Shown here in pieces: positions 11,881 through 24,080 of a stretch of 64,000 nt of DNA. This stretch comes from Heterodontus francisci. Lineage: Eukaryota. Positions within the stretch are counted from its first letter, which is position 1, and every line of letters starts with the position of its first letter. The notes under the pieces were generated by a model. It saw only the letters and a list, made by a program, of their open reading frames with translations. It did not search any database and was not told where the DNA came from. The DNA lies in NCBI RefSeq assembly GCF_036365525.1, contig NC_090404.1:8928001-8992000 (forward strand), in the 5' to 3' direction. The position numbers and the translations under genes were made by a program.

Positions 11881-12400
11881 CACAGTGTAACAAACAAATT
11901 ACAAATTCAGAGTCGGTACAGGAACCCACAGAGTGGGAGAGCCGCTCTTCTGTCTTTGAACTATTGATACTGTTGGAACAATCGATATCTATAGTGAATG
12001 AAATCAAAAATAGTAAATAGAGAGAGAGTGACACTGAGAGAGAGAGAGATTTAAAGAAAGTGAGAAATAGAGTTGGAAACGCAAAGAGAGAAAATAGTAG
12101 TAAAAGCATGAAAGGAAGAATGAGAGAGAGAAACACTTTCCTAATCCGTGTAGAGCAAATTAGGAAAATGAGGAGACTGAAATAAAAGAAACAACCAGAA
12201 TGAAACACAAAGCTACAAGGTAAGAGAAAGCTATGAAGAAATGGATTCGGAAATTAAGTAATAGGCACTTTCCTTTCAACTCACTCATTTCCCTTTCTCC
12301 TATTTCCACAGTTGAATTGTCTGAAAAGCGTCTCCTCGTAAATGGCCGCTGGAAACTGACCAATAGATCAAATCACACTTTACTCTGCCCATTAACTGGA

Positions 12401-14468
12401 CATAGGAACATAAGAGGAGGAGCAGGCCATTCAGCCCATCAAGCCTGATCCGCAATTCAATATGATCATGGCTCATCATTCACTTCAAACCCTTTTCCCC
12501 ACCATATATATCTGTCAATCTCTACGTCCAACATACTCAATGACTGAGCTTCCACAGTCCTCTGGGGTAGAGAATTCCAAAGATTCACAACCCTCTGAGG
12601 AAAGAAATTTCTCCTCATCATTGTTTTGTTTTAGTTTTTGAGATACAGCACTGAAACAGGCCCCTTCAGCCCACCGAGTCTGTGCCGACCATCAACCACC
12701 CATTTATACTAATCCTACGCTAATCCCATATTCCTACCACATCCCCACCTGTCCCTATATTCCCCTACCACCTACCTATACTAGGGGCAATTTATAATGG
12801 CCAATTTACCTACCAACCTGCAAGTCTTTTGGCTTGTGGGAGGAAACCGGAGCACCCGAAGGAAACCCACGCAGACACAGGGAGAACTTGCAAACTCCAC
12901 ACAGGCAGTACCCAGAATTGAACCCGGGTCGCTGGAGCTGTGAGGCTGCGGTGCTAACCACTGCGCCACTGTGCCGCCCATCTCTGTCCTAAGTGTCTTC
13001 CCCCTTATTTTGAAATTGTGTCCCCTGGTTCTAGACTCCTCAACCAGGGGAAACATCTTACCTGCATCTACCCTGTCTATCCCTTTAAGTATTTTGTAGG
13101 TTTCAATGACATCACCTCTCATTCTTCGAAGCTCTAGAGAATACAGGCCCAGTTTCCCCAATTGCTCTTCATAGGACAGTCCCGCCATCCTGGGAACAAG
13201 TCTGGTGAACCTTCATTGCACTCCCTCTGTGGCAATAATATTCTTCCTCCGGTAAGGGGACCAAAACTGCACACAGTTCTCCAAATGCAGTCTAACCAAG
13301 GTTCTGTCCAATTGAAGCAAAGCTTCACTTCTCCTGTGCTCAAATCCTCTTGTGATAAAGGCCAACATACCGTTAGCCTTCTTAATTACTTGCTGCACCT
13401 GCGTGTTCGCTTTCAGTGAATTATTGACAAGGACACCCAGGTCCCTTTGTACATCTACACTTTCTAATCTCTTATCATTGAACAAATACTCTGGACCTTT
13501 ATTCCCATGCCAAAATGGATAACCTCACATTTTTCCACATTATTTTCCATTTGCAACGTTCTTGCCCACACACTAAGTTTGTCCAAATCCCCTTGAAGAC
13601 GCTTTTCATTTTCCTCACAACACACATTCCCACCTAATTTTGTGTCATCTGCGAACTTGGAAATATTACATTTGGTCCCCACATCCAAATCATTGATATA
13701 TATTGTTAACAGCTGGGGCCCAAATACTGATCCTTGTGGTACCCCACTAGTCACAGACTGCCAATGCGAGTGTGATCCGTTTATTCCCACTCTCTGCTTT
13801 CTGCCTATTAACAATCCTGAATCCATGCCAGTATATTACCTCCTATCCCATGTGCTTTAATTTTGCTAACCACCTCCTGTGGGGACTTTATCAAAAGCCT
13901 TCTAAAAATCCAAGTATACTACGTCCACTACGTATCAATTCTGTCAGGAACATCCTCAAAAGCTCCAACAGTTTGGTCAAACATGATTTCCCATTCATAA
14001 ATCCATGTTGACTATGCCCAATCAGATCATTATTATCCAAGTGTCCATTTATTACATTCTTTAGAATAGATTCTAAAATTTGCCCTACTGCTGATGCTGG
14101 GTTAACAGGTCTGTGGTTCCCTGTTTTCTCTCTCCCTCCCTTCGCAAATAGTGGGGTGACATTTGCGACCTTCCAATCTGCAGGAACCGTTCCAGAATCT
14201 GTAGTATTTTGGAAGATGATCACCAATGCATCCACTATCTCCATAGCGACCTCTTTCAACACTCTTTGATGTAGAATATCAGGTCCTGGGGACTTCTCAA
14301 CCTTCAGCCCCATTAATTTCTCCAATACAACCTTCTTGCTAATAGTAATTTCCTTCAATTCCTCATTGTCACTTGTCCCTTGGATCTCAAATTCTGGGAG
14401 ATTTCGTGTATCTGCCTCAGTGAAAACAGACTCAAAGTTATCATTTAGCTTCTCTGCCATTTCTCTAC
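12401..14468 (-). mobile_element. CR1 LINE with nested V-SINE (12622-12978)
   Basis: KSPGPD, WKVANVTPLF, QHGFMNGKSCLT, VPQGS and FADD motifs. Confidence 0.9.
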
Positions 14469-15834
14469 CAATAACCAGAAACAATAATTCAGTCTCCACA
14501 GCGAGAGACACAGGGAGAGTCTCACTGGGGCAATAAAGAAACGCTCAACAACAACAGGTGAGGTCCACTTGCAGAATTAGATTAGTTTGCGAATTAAATT
14601 CGCATCTATAATTAAAAACAAGCTGTATAAATACACCTGTGGAACCTGAACTGACTTTGTGTCTTTTGATGTCCTTTCTGTGCCTGTTCTTTCTCATCGC
14701 CTGTCTCCACGTTTTGCCCATCATAATTTAAATTTCGTTCTTCCAGTTTTTAATTCAACAATATAAAATCTGCTTCTGCTCCGCATATTAATTTATAACA
14801 GATCCAATCCAGTTTCCCATAACCAGGAACTCGAAATAGGTCAGTGAATAAATACAGCATTGCTGAGACACTTTTCACCAGCATATAAACACTTCTCAGA
14901 GGATCCACCAGAGGGCGTCGAATCATACGCCGATCCATTTGTGGATCAAACCCCAGCCAGTGAGCGAAACCGAGTCTCCGTTGGAATAAATAGAACAATA
15001 GGTGAAATCAACATACCTCCATGGGATGGGAAGATATATCAGGGCAATAACCATCACATGTAACCATCCATCTATCGAAGGATTGACTTCTGACGCTCAA
15101 AACCGAGAAGGATAAGTGAGTGGAAGGTGTGGAACATGGCGAAAGCATATTAAAATGTGAATGACAGACACACCCTGAGATCTGAATTCTGAAGTTACTC
15201 ACTATACCCTTAGTGGAGATCGGTGTTAAAGGAGCGAAAGACAAACCGAAACCGCCCGGATGTTGTTTCTTTTTCTGCTCCTTTTTTTAATCTGGGTGAA
15301 AGTTATAAGGACAGTTTTTCATGTCCTGCTGGTGTTGGGTTCTTGTTATGAGAATCCGTCCTGCACCTCACCCTGGAGGTTTTGAACCCGCTCCCCGCGC
15401 TCTGCTCCCGCCACTTTCTTCCCATGAGAGGCAAATTGCTAATAGAAAAGCATCGATTCGCCGCTCCTTCAATTTTCTCTCATCACAAATCCAAAATCTG
15501 AAGATTATACATGTCTAATTTAATCATTATGGACACAGAGAATGTCAGAATTCAACAGAAAGACTTTAAACAGCATGTCAAATGGAAATTAGGGAAGAGG
15601 ACAGTGTTGGAAACGCTGTTTAAATTACAGCGAGAGTTTATTCTTTATTTCTGTTCAGTTGTTTATTCAGTAACAGTTTCATCGTTCTAATATGACAGAT
15701 CTATAAATCACTCTGGCAAAATACAGAATCATTGTTAGTTCACTAGTTAACTGATCGGTGAGGGAATGTACACTGGAGTCACGGTTACCAGTGTGCTGAT
15801 GGTGAAGTAACGGGAATTTGAGAGGAAGAATTGA

Positions 15835-16501
15835 GACATAGAGCAATACAAGCACAGAAACAGGCCCATCGGCCCATCGTGTCCATACCCATCAAGCACT
15901 TATCTATTCTAATCCCATTTTCCAGCACTTGGCCCGAAGCCTTGTATTATGGGGTTTCAAGTGCTCATCTAAATACTTCTTAAATGTTGTGAGGGTTCCT
16001 GCCTCTACCACCACTTCCGGCAGTGCGTTCCAGATTCCAACCACCCTCTGGATGAAAACATTTTTCCTCAAATCCCCTCTAAACCTTCTGCCCCTTACCT
16101 TAAATCTATGCCCCCTGGTTATTGACAGCTCCGCTAGGGGAAAAAGCTTCTCCCTATCTACTCCGATCTATGTCTCTCATAATTTTGTATACCTCAATCA
16201 GGTCTCCACTCAGCCTTCTCTGCTCTAAGGAAAACAACCCTAGCCTATCCAGTCTCTCTTCATAGCTGAAATGCTCTAGCCCAGGCAACATCCTGGTGAA
16301 TCTCCTCTGCACCCTCTCCAATGCAATCACATCCTTCCTGTGGTGTGGCGACCAGAACTGTACACAGTAGTCCAACTGTGGCCGAACTAGCGTTTTATAC
16401 AGCTCCATCATAACGTCCTTGCTCTTAAATTCTACGCCTCGGCTAATAAAGGCAAGTATCCCATATCCCTCCCTAAGCACCTACCTGTGCTTCTGCCTTC
16501 A
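15835..16501 (-). mobile_element. CR1 LINE 3' fragment
   Basis: Duplicate of 4000-4671. Confidence 0.9.
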
Positions 16502-16526
16502 GTCACCACGCCAGAATAAACCAAAT

Positions 16527-16785
16527 CCATGAACAATCCCATGTTTCTGGTTACAATAACCAGACAAGGGTTTCTGTCCCCGCCCCACGTCTCTAACAGC
16601 GGAACCATTCACCATATAAGGACAGTGACTACAGGCCAGCTCGGGGTGTTTCCATTCACTGACAGCCAGCTCACCACCTACCACTCTCACAGCACCACTG
16701 GGGACACAAGGAAGTGAGGCGAGAGAATCCTGAGCAGGACAGCAGATTATTGAGGGTGGGGATTAGAACGGGTGTCTTCAAATAT
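16527..16785 (+). promoter_or_regulatory. V promoter region; left arm of inverted repeat (copy 2)
   Basis: Reverse complement of 17539-17798. Confidence 0.7.
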
Positions 16786-16817
16786 CCAACTCCCCTTTTA
16801 CAGAGCGGACAGCGACA

Positions 16818-17283
16818 ATGCGGCTACTCAGCATCTGGGTTGTGTGGGGAGCATTTCTGACAGGTAATTGTGGATTAAACACATTTCATCTTTTCTCCCA
16901 TTTCACAAACATGGTTTAAATCTGAATTTTAAACAGTCGTCAGTCTGATCTTTTCCTGTTTAAACATGTTTTTCAGATCGGAGTCATGGAGATTCTGTCA
17001 CTCAGCTCCTGCCCTCAGATGTTAAGACAGAAGGAGAAGCGGTGACTTTAAGCTGTACATATGATACTACATGGAGCGACTATTCTTTATACTGGTATCG
17101 ACAACACCCAGATACACAGCCCGAGTTTATACTGTGGAAACACTCAGGCGGTACTGAAGATAAAGCAGATTTTGCGAAAACCCGTTTCTCTGTTAAGCTC
17201 CAGAAAGCGACTAAATTCACCAGTTTAACCATCTCGGGTCTGCAGCTGACTGACTCTGCCGTGTATTACTGCGCTCTCAGACT
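16818..17283 (+). CDS. TRAV/DV: T-cell receptor V-alpha/delta gene segment (leader 16818-16863, intron 16864-16976, V exon 16977-17283), apparently intact
   Basis: Same structure as 4989-5453; VTLSCTYDTTWSDYSLYWYRQ...DSAVYYCALR. Confidence 0.95.
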
Positions 17284-17322
17284 CACAGTGATGGAAAGCA
17301 GTCTCACCCCTGTACAAAAACT
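17284..17322 (+). other. Recombination signal sequence, 23-bp spacer
   Basis: CACAGTG + 23 nt + ACAAAAACT. Confidence 0.97.
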
Positions 17323-17538
17323 GCCTTTGGACTGTGGGTGGGAGCTTCTGTCTGTTGGGAGGTGTGTAGAATCGCGGGCAGATGCAGCCACAATGTGCAG
17401 CGCGCTGTCAGGCACTCAAAGACACACCGAGAGGAAACCAAATTAACCTCAGATCAAACTGTCACCCAACTGTTTCCAGGAGCGGCCGAGAAAACAAACT
17501 GCAGAATCCAATCAGACAGACAGATCCAGCACTTACAC

Positions 17539-17798
17539 ATATTTGAAGACACCCGTTCTCATCCCCACCCTCAATAATCTGCTGTCCTGTCTCAGGATTC
17601 TCTCACCTCACTTCCTTGTGTCCCCAGTGGTGATGTGAGACGGGTAGGTGGTGAGCTGGCTGTCAGTGAATGGAAACATCCCGAGCTGGGTTCCAGTCAG
17701 AGACCTGACAGGGGAATTGTTGCACATTTAGAGACCGGGGGTGGGAATGAAACCCTGGTCTGTTAATTATCACCAGCAAGATGGGGATTGTTGATGGT
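17539..17798 (-). repeat. Right arm of inverted repeat (copy 2)
   Basis: Inverted copy of 16527-16785. Confidence 0.95.
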
Positions 17799-18828
17799 GA
17801 CAGAAAACATTCCAGCATTAAGGAGACACCCTGAAGCACAATGGACACAGGGGGAACTGTACTAGGAGCTTGTTTTAAAGATCACAGTCACCACCTTGTG
17901 AAATCTGTGCATTGTGTATAAACGGTCTCTGAATCAGCAACACACTCTGATCAAATAAACCCTGTGAACAGGCTTCGGTCAAAGACTCCGGGAAACTGAC
18001 AGGGGAGATGGGGAAAGAGCTGCTCAATATTGCAGGCAGGCACGGAAAGGGCAGCAAAGTGCAAGAAGTAAATTGCAGTGTCACAAATGGATTTGTCAAT
18101 TTCAGTTTTAGTGCAACTGCTCGTTCCAGGGCTTTGCAGAAAGACCAGGAGAATGAAACTGATTGGATAGCTCTTTCAAAGAGCTGACTCGATGGGCCGA
18201 ATGGCCTCCTCCTGTGCTGTCAGATTTCATGATTTATTGAATTTCGATTGCCTCAGTCAAAACTTTCGGAATTATCCCCCTGAAGTTGCTATTTGCGAAA
18301 TTAGTATATGGAAGCTTCGCAGTAACAGTATTAACCAATGTCATGGAGAAATTGTAAATAGAAAATGGCATCTTATCTTATTAGGGATTTTCGTAGCAGC
18401 TTGGCGAAAGTGACTTGACTCTGGTTTCAGCATCAGATTGTGGATTCCACCTCAACTTCAGAAGCTGTGTGTATTGACCAGGTTTCCAATCGGTGCAGTG
18501 CTGAAAAGACACGATCTTTCCGGTATAATCTGAAGCCAATAATTCCTCCTCAACCCCTTGTCTGTTTAAGAACATAAGAAATAGGAGCAGGAGTAGGCCA
18601 TTCAGCCCCTCGAGCCTGTCCAGCCATTCAATAAGATCATGGCTGATCTGTCGCAGGCCTCAACTCCTCTTTCAGGCCTGCTCTGCATAACCCTCAACTC
18701 CCCGAGATTTCAAAAATCTATCTACCTCCTCCTGAAATATATTTAGTTCCCTAGCCTCCAAAACTCTCTGAGGCAGAGAATTCCAGAGATTTACCACCTT
18801 CTGAGAGAAGAAACTCCTTCGCATCTCA

Positions 18829-20018
18829 AGGGCCCCTGTACATGTGGCCCCACCTGAAGGAGCAAGTGGAGCCCTGTTTGTGGCGGTGGAGCCTGGGACG
18901 CCCCTGGAGAACCTTTCCCATCTACTACTGGGTCAGGTGCCCTGAGTGAAGTGGGGGTTGGTGGCGAGCCCTCTAATGGCCGGCCCTCCCAGCCAAAATC
19001 CACTACCGATTAGGATGCACCCGACGCGGTTATGGTTGAAAATGCTGCCCCGTCTGCTAGGCCTGTGGGCGCTGGTAGGGTGGGAGATTGCCTCCTCTCT
19101 CTGCCTCCAGTCTCGGTTTCGGCTGTATGTCTGGAGTCTGGAATTATCGTCTCCCCTGGGCTGCTCATTGGCTTGGGGCCGGAGGTGGAGGGGCATTCTG
19201 AACCGCTGGCGCCCATTGTCTCCAGTTCCACTCAAAAACCCAGTGAGGACTCCACCACCATCGATCCTGAGGGTGGGATCGTGATGGAGGCGGGACCAGC
19301 TGGCGAGGCCAGAATGTCCGCCCCACAGTGTGTGGTAGGTGTGTCGGCCGCTGGCAGTGATGACCCGGAGGAGGATGGGGACTTGGTGTGGGGCACGGAG
19401 GACGACCTTGAATCCATCACCAGTGAGACAGTGGATTCTGTCGTGCCTCCCACTGAGTCTCCTCTCATCCCCGCCACAGAACACCAGGAATTCCTCGCAG
19501 CATGCAGAGGTTGCCACAATAAAGTTCAGCTGGCCCTTGGCTGGTGGTCGAGTCTGGCACGAATCATCCAGTCTGTCTGTGCCACCTTCAGGAAGGCAGG
19601 TAGGGTGAGGGCGTGAAACTGTTTGAGAGGCAATGGTTTAAAATGCTCCTCAATGGGTTGCTGGGGGAGTGTAAGGCGAGGTGTTCTTTCACTCCCTCAT
19701 CACAATGAGGTATTGGTGATGGGATCAAATTACTTTTGACATGAAGATAACCATAGCCAGCCTCAACATTAACGGCAGCAGGGGGTCTCACCGCAGATTT
19801 CACAATCTCTCAGTTCTTGGGGAAGGGAGATATGCAGTGAGCTTTCTGAAGGAACCCCACACCGTTCTGGGAGACGAAACCACCTGGCTCCTGGAGTGGC
19901 AGGGTGGGCCTACATGAGTCACCTCACCCCTAATTCTGGTGGGGTGGCCATCTTGTTGGCCCCGACCTTTTAGCCAGAGATCTTGGGCATCAAGGAGCTT
20001 ATGCCAGGCTGCTTGTTG
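18829..20018 (+). mobile_element. Tx1-clade retrotransposon fragment
   Basis: MKITIASLNINGSRG..., continuing ...SHLTPNSGGVAILLAPTF (APE domain). Confidence 0.75.
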
Positions 20019-21382
20019 AGGCAGAGACCCTCACCTCATGCAAAAGGAGTCCGGATATGCATTTCAAGTGCTGTATTCCGCGGGGCTATGGACTAAACGC
20101 TGGAAGGTGGGATTAGAATAGGTGGATAGTTTTTCGGCCAGCACAGACATGATGAGCCAAGTGGCCACTTGCTTTGCCTTAAACTTTCTATGATTCTATC
20201 TCCCCTTTAGTCCTTCTACCAATCACTTTAAATCCATGCCCCCTAGTTACTGTCCCACTGCTCAGGTAAATAGGCCCTTCCCATTCACTCTATCTAGGCT
20301 GTTCACAATTCTTTGCATCTCAATCAAGTCGTCCCTCAACGTCCTCTGTTTCAAGAAGAACCACAATCTATCCAATCGTTACTCATAGTTGCAATTTTCC
20401 TGCTCTGGCAACATCCTCTTAAATCTCCTCTGCATCATCTCAACTGCAATTCCATCTTTGGATAATGAGCTGACCAGAACGGCACACAGTGATCAAGTTA
20501 TGGCCTAAGTAATGCTCTCCATGTATTTGGTTAAAATTGTGAGCAAGGTTGTGCTGGTCTGAACTATGATAAAAGACTGGGAATACACAAGAGAAGCTTA
20601 AAGACAAGATGAGGGGGAATAACAGGGGTCAGAGGGTTGAGCTCATTCTCCAAATATGAGAAGCAAAACATGGCAACTGGTCTGAACAGAGGGATTATTG
20701 AAAGCGTAGTGGGAGAGTGAATTGTGCCGTTGGACAAGCGGAGCAGTGGAAGGTCCGGATCATCAATCCAGATTAAACAGCTGGTTCTGTGATATTAGGA
20801 CGGAGGACAGGAAGCACAAAGGCGTCATTCAGGTTTCCGGACCCAGATCCGGCTTCGGGGGTCGAAGTGTTGCTGGAGATATTGGGAACTGTTGTTTTCG
20901 GCCCCTGTCACAAACTCTGTTCCCTTGCCACCAACACCATCTCTTTCCCTGGCAACTGTGTGAGACTGAACCAGACTGTTTGCAACCTGAGTGTCATATT
21001 TGACCCTGAGATAAGGTTCTGACCACAAATCCAAGCCATCACTAAAACTTTTTGTTACCTCTAAACTTGACTATTGCAATGCACTTCTGGTCAGCCTCTC
21101 GCATTCTGCCCTCAGTAAAGTCAAGATCATCCAAACTTCTGCTATCCATATCCTAACTTGCACCAAATTCCTTTCACCCATCACCCCTGGTTTATAAGGC
21201 CTGTGTTCTCAGCACTTTGCCGAATGGCTGTGAAAAGTGTGTGACTTACAGCTACCAGGAAAAGAAGCTCAATAATTTCCATCTTCGCTATTTGCGGCGC
21301 ATTTAAGGGTATATCCTGGCAAGGCAAAATCACAAATATGGCAGTCCTCTCAAAGACAGAGCTCCCAAGTGTGTTGGTACTA

Positions 21383-23170
21383 GGGCTTTCTATAGGTATA
21401 TCAGGAATAAAAGAATGACTAGAGTTAGATTAGGGCCAATCAAGGATAGTAGTGGGAAGTTGTGTGTGGAATCAGAGGAGATAGGGGAAGCGTTAAATGA
21501 ATATTTTGCGTCAGTATTTACAGTAGAGAAAGAAAATGTTGTCGAGGAGAATACTGAGATTCAGGCTACTAGGCTAGATGGGATTGAGGTTCACAAGGAG
21601 GAGGTGTTATCAATTTTGGAAAGTGTGAAAATAGATAAGTCCCCTGGAGCAGATGGGATTTATCCTAGGATTCTCTGGGAAGCTAGGGAGGAGATTGCAG
21701 AGCCTTTGTCCTTGATCTTTATGTCGTCATTGTCGACAGGAATAGTGCCGGAAGACTGGAGGATAGCAAATGTTGTCCCCTTGTTCAGGAAGGGGAGTAG
21801 AGACAGCCCTGGTAATTATAGACCTGTGAGCCTTACTTTGGTTGTAGGTAAAATGTTGGAAAAGGTTATAAGAGACAGGATTTATAATCATCTTGAAAAG
21901 AATAAGTTCATTAGCGATAGTCAGCACGGTTTTGTGACGGGTAGGTCGTGCCTCACAAACCTTATTGAGTTTTTCGAGAAGGTGACCAAACAGGTGGATG
22001 AGGGTAAAGCAGTGGATGTGGTGTATATGGATTTCAGTAAGGCGTTTGATAAGGTTCCCCATGGTAGGCTATTGCAGAAAATATGGAAGTATGGGGTTGA
22101 AGGTGATTTAGAGTTTTGGATCAGAAATTGGCTAGCTGAAAGAAGACAGAGGGTGGTGGTTGATGGCAAATGTTCATCCTGGAGTTTAGTTACTAGTGGT
22201 GTACCGCAAGGATCTGTTTTGGGGCCACTGCTGTTTGTCATTTTTATAAATGACCTGGATGAGGGTGTAGAAGGGTGGGTTAGTAAATTTGCGGATGACA
22301 CTAAGGTCGGTGGAGTTGTGGATAGTGCCGAAGGATGTTGTAGGGTACAAAGGGACATAGATAGGCTGCAGAGCTGGGCTGAGAGATGGCAAATGGAGTT
22401 TAATGCGGAAAAGTGCGAGGTGATTCACTTTGGAAGGAGTAACAGGAATGCAGAGTACTGGGCTAATGGGAAGATTCTTGGTAGTGTAGATGAACAGAGA
22501 GATCTTGGTGTCCAGGTGCATAAATCCCTGAAGGTTGCTACCCAGGTTAATAAGGCTGTTAAGAAGGCTGTTAGCTTTTATTAGTAGGGGGATCGAGTTT
22601 CGGAGCCACGAGGTCATGCTGCAGCTGTACAAAACTCTGGTGAGACCGCACCTGGAGTATTGTGTGCAGTTCTGGTCACCGCATTATAGGAAGGATGTGG
22701 AAGCTATGGAAAGGGTGCAGAGGTGATTTACTAGGATGTTGCCTGGTATGGAGGGAAGGTCTTACGAGGAAAGGCTGAGGGACTTGAGGTTGTTTTTGTT
22801 GGAGAGAAGGAGGGGGAGAGGTGACTTAATAGAGACATATAAGATAATCAGAGGGTTGGATAGGGTGGATAGTGAGAGTCTTTTTCCTCAGATGGTGATG
22901 GCAAACACGAGGGGACATAGCTTTAAGTTGAGGGGTGATAGATATAGGACAGATGTCAGAGGTAGTTTCTTTACTCAGAGAATAGTAGGGGCATGGAACG
23001 CCCTGCCTGCAACAGTAGTAGACTCGCCAACTTTAAAGGCATTTAAGTGGTCATTGGATAGACATATGGATGAAAATGGAATAGTGTAGGTCAGATGGTT
23101 TCACAGGTCGGCGCAACATCGAGGGCCGAAGGGCCTGTACTGCGCTGTAATGTTCTAATTCTAATTCTAA
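21383..23170 (+). mobile_element. Relatively young CR1 LINE, 5'-truncated
   Basis: 389-aa RT ORF (21415-22584) with VPQGSVLGP and FADD; 3' microsatellite tail (TTCTAA)n. Confidence 0.95.
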
Positions 23171-24080
23171 TTATATAGTTCCTGCTAAACCTCCCTGCTC
23201 TTACATGCTATGTCTCGGCTAATAAAGGAAATGATTCCATACGCCTTTAGGGAAGGAAGTCTGCCATCCTTACCTGGTCTGGCCTACAGTTGTTTCCAGA
23301 CCCACGCAAATATTTCCACTGGTATTTAAAAAGGAAAAGAGTAATTAAGGTGAGTGTTGGTCCTGAGATTGTGGAGTTTGTAGCAGATAATAATGAAATG
23401 GCAGATGAAATGAACCAATATTTTGCTTCTGTCTTCAGTGTAGAGGACACAAAAACATTCCAGTAAAGCTATAAATCAGGAGGTGGAAGGAAGAGAGGAA
23501 CTCAATGAAAGTACAATCACCAGGGAAGCAGTACTGAGCAAACTGATGGAACTGTGGGCCGACAAGCCCACGGGTCCTGGTGGACTTCATCCAAGGGTCT
23601 AAAAAGAGGTGGCAAATAAGGTAGTAGAAGAGTTGGTCTTAATTTTTCATTCTCTGTTTGGCAGGTTAGAGCACTGAGTTCATTAAATCAAATAATTAAA
23701 GAAAGACTTGCATTCTTATAAAGCCTTTCACGACATCGGGACATCCCAAAGTGTTTTACAGCCAGAGGTTCCTCTGAATTGGTAGATTCTGGGAAGGTTC
23801 CATCAGAATGGAAAGTAGCAAATATAACTCCTCTATCCAAGAATGGAGGTGGGTTGCCGGCGTGTGGGGTGGGGGGGAGCGGGGGGAGTTGGGGGGGAGG
23901 TGGTGGAGGCAGAAATCAGGTAACTATAGGCCAGTTAGCTTGACGTCTGTCATGGGGGAGGTGTTAAAATCGATCATTAAGGAGGCTACAGCTGTGTACT
24001 TAGAAAACCCGAGGGAATCAGGAATAGTCAGCATGGTTTGTGAAAGGAAGTCATATTTAACCACTTTATTGGAGTTCTTT

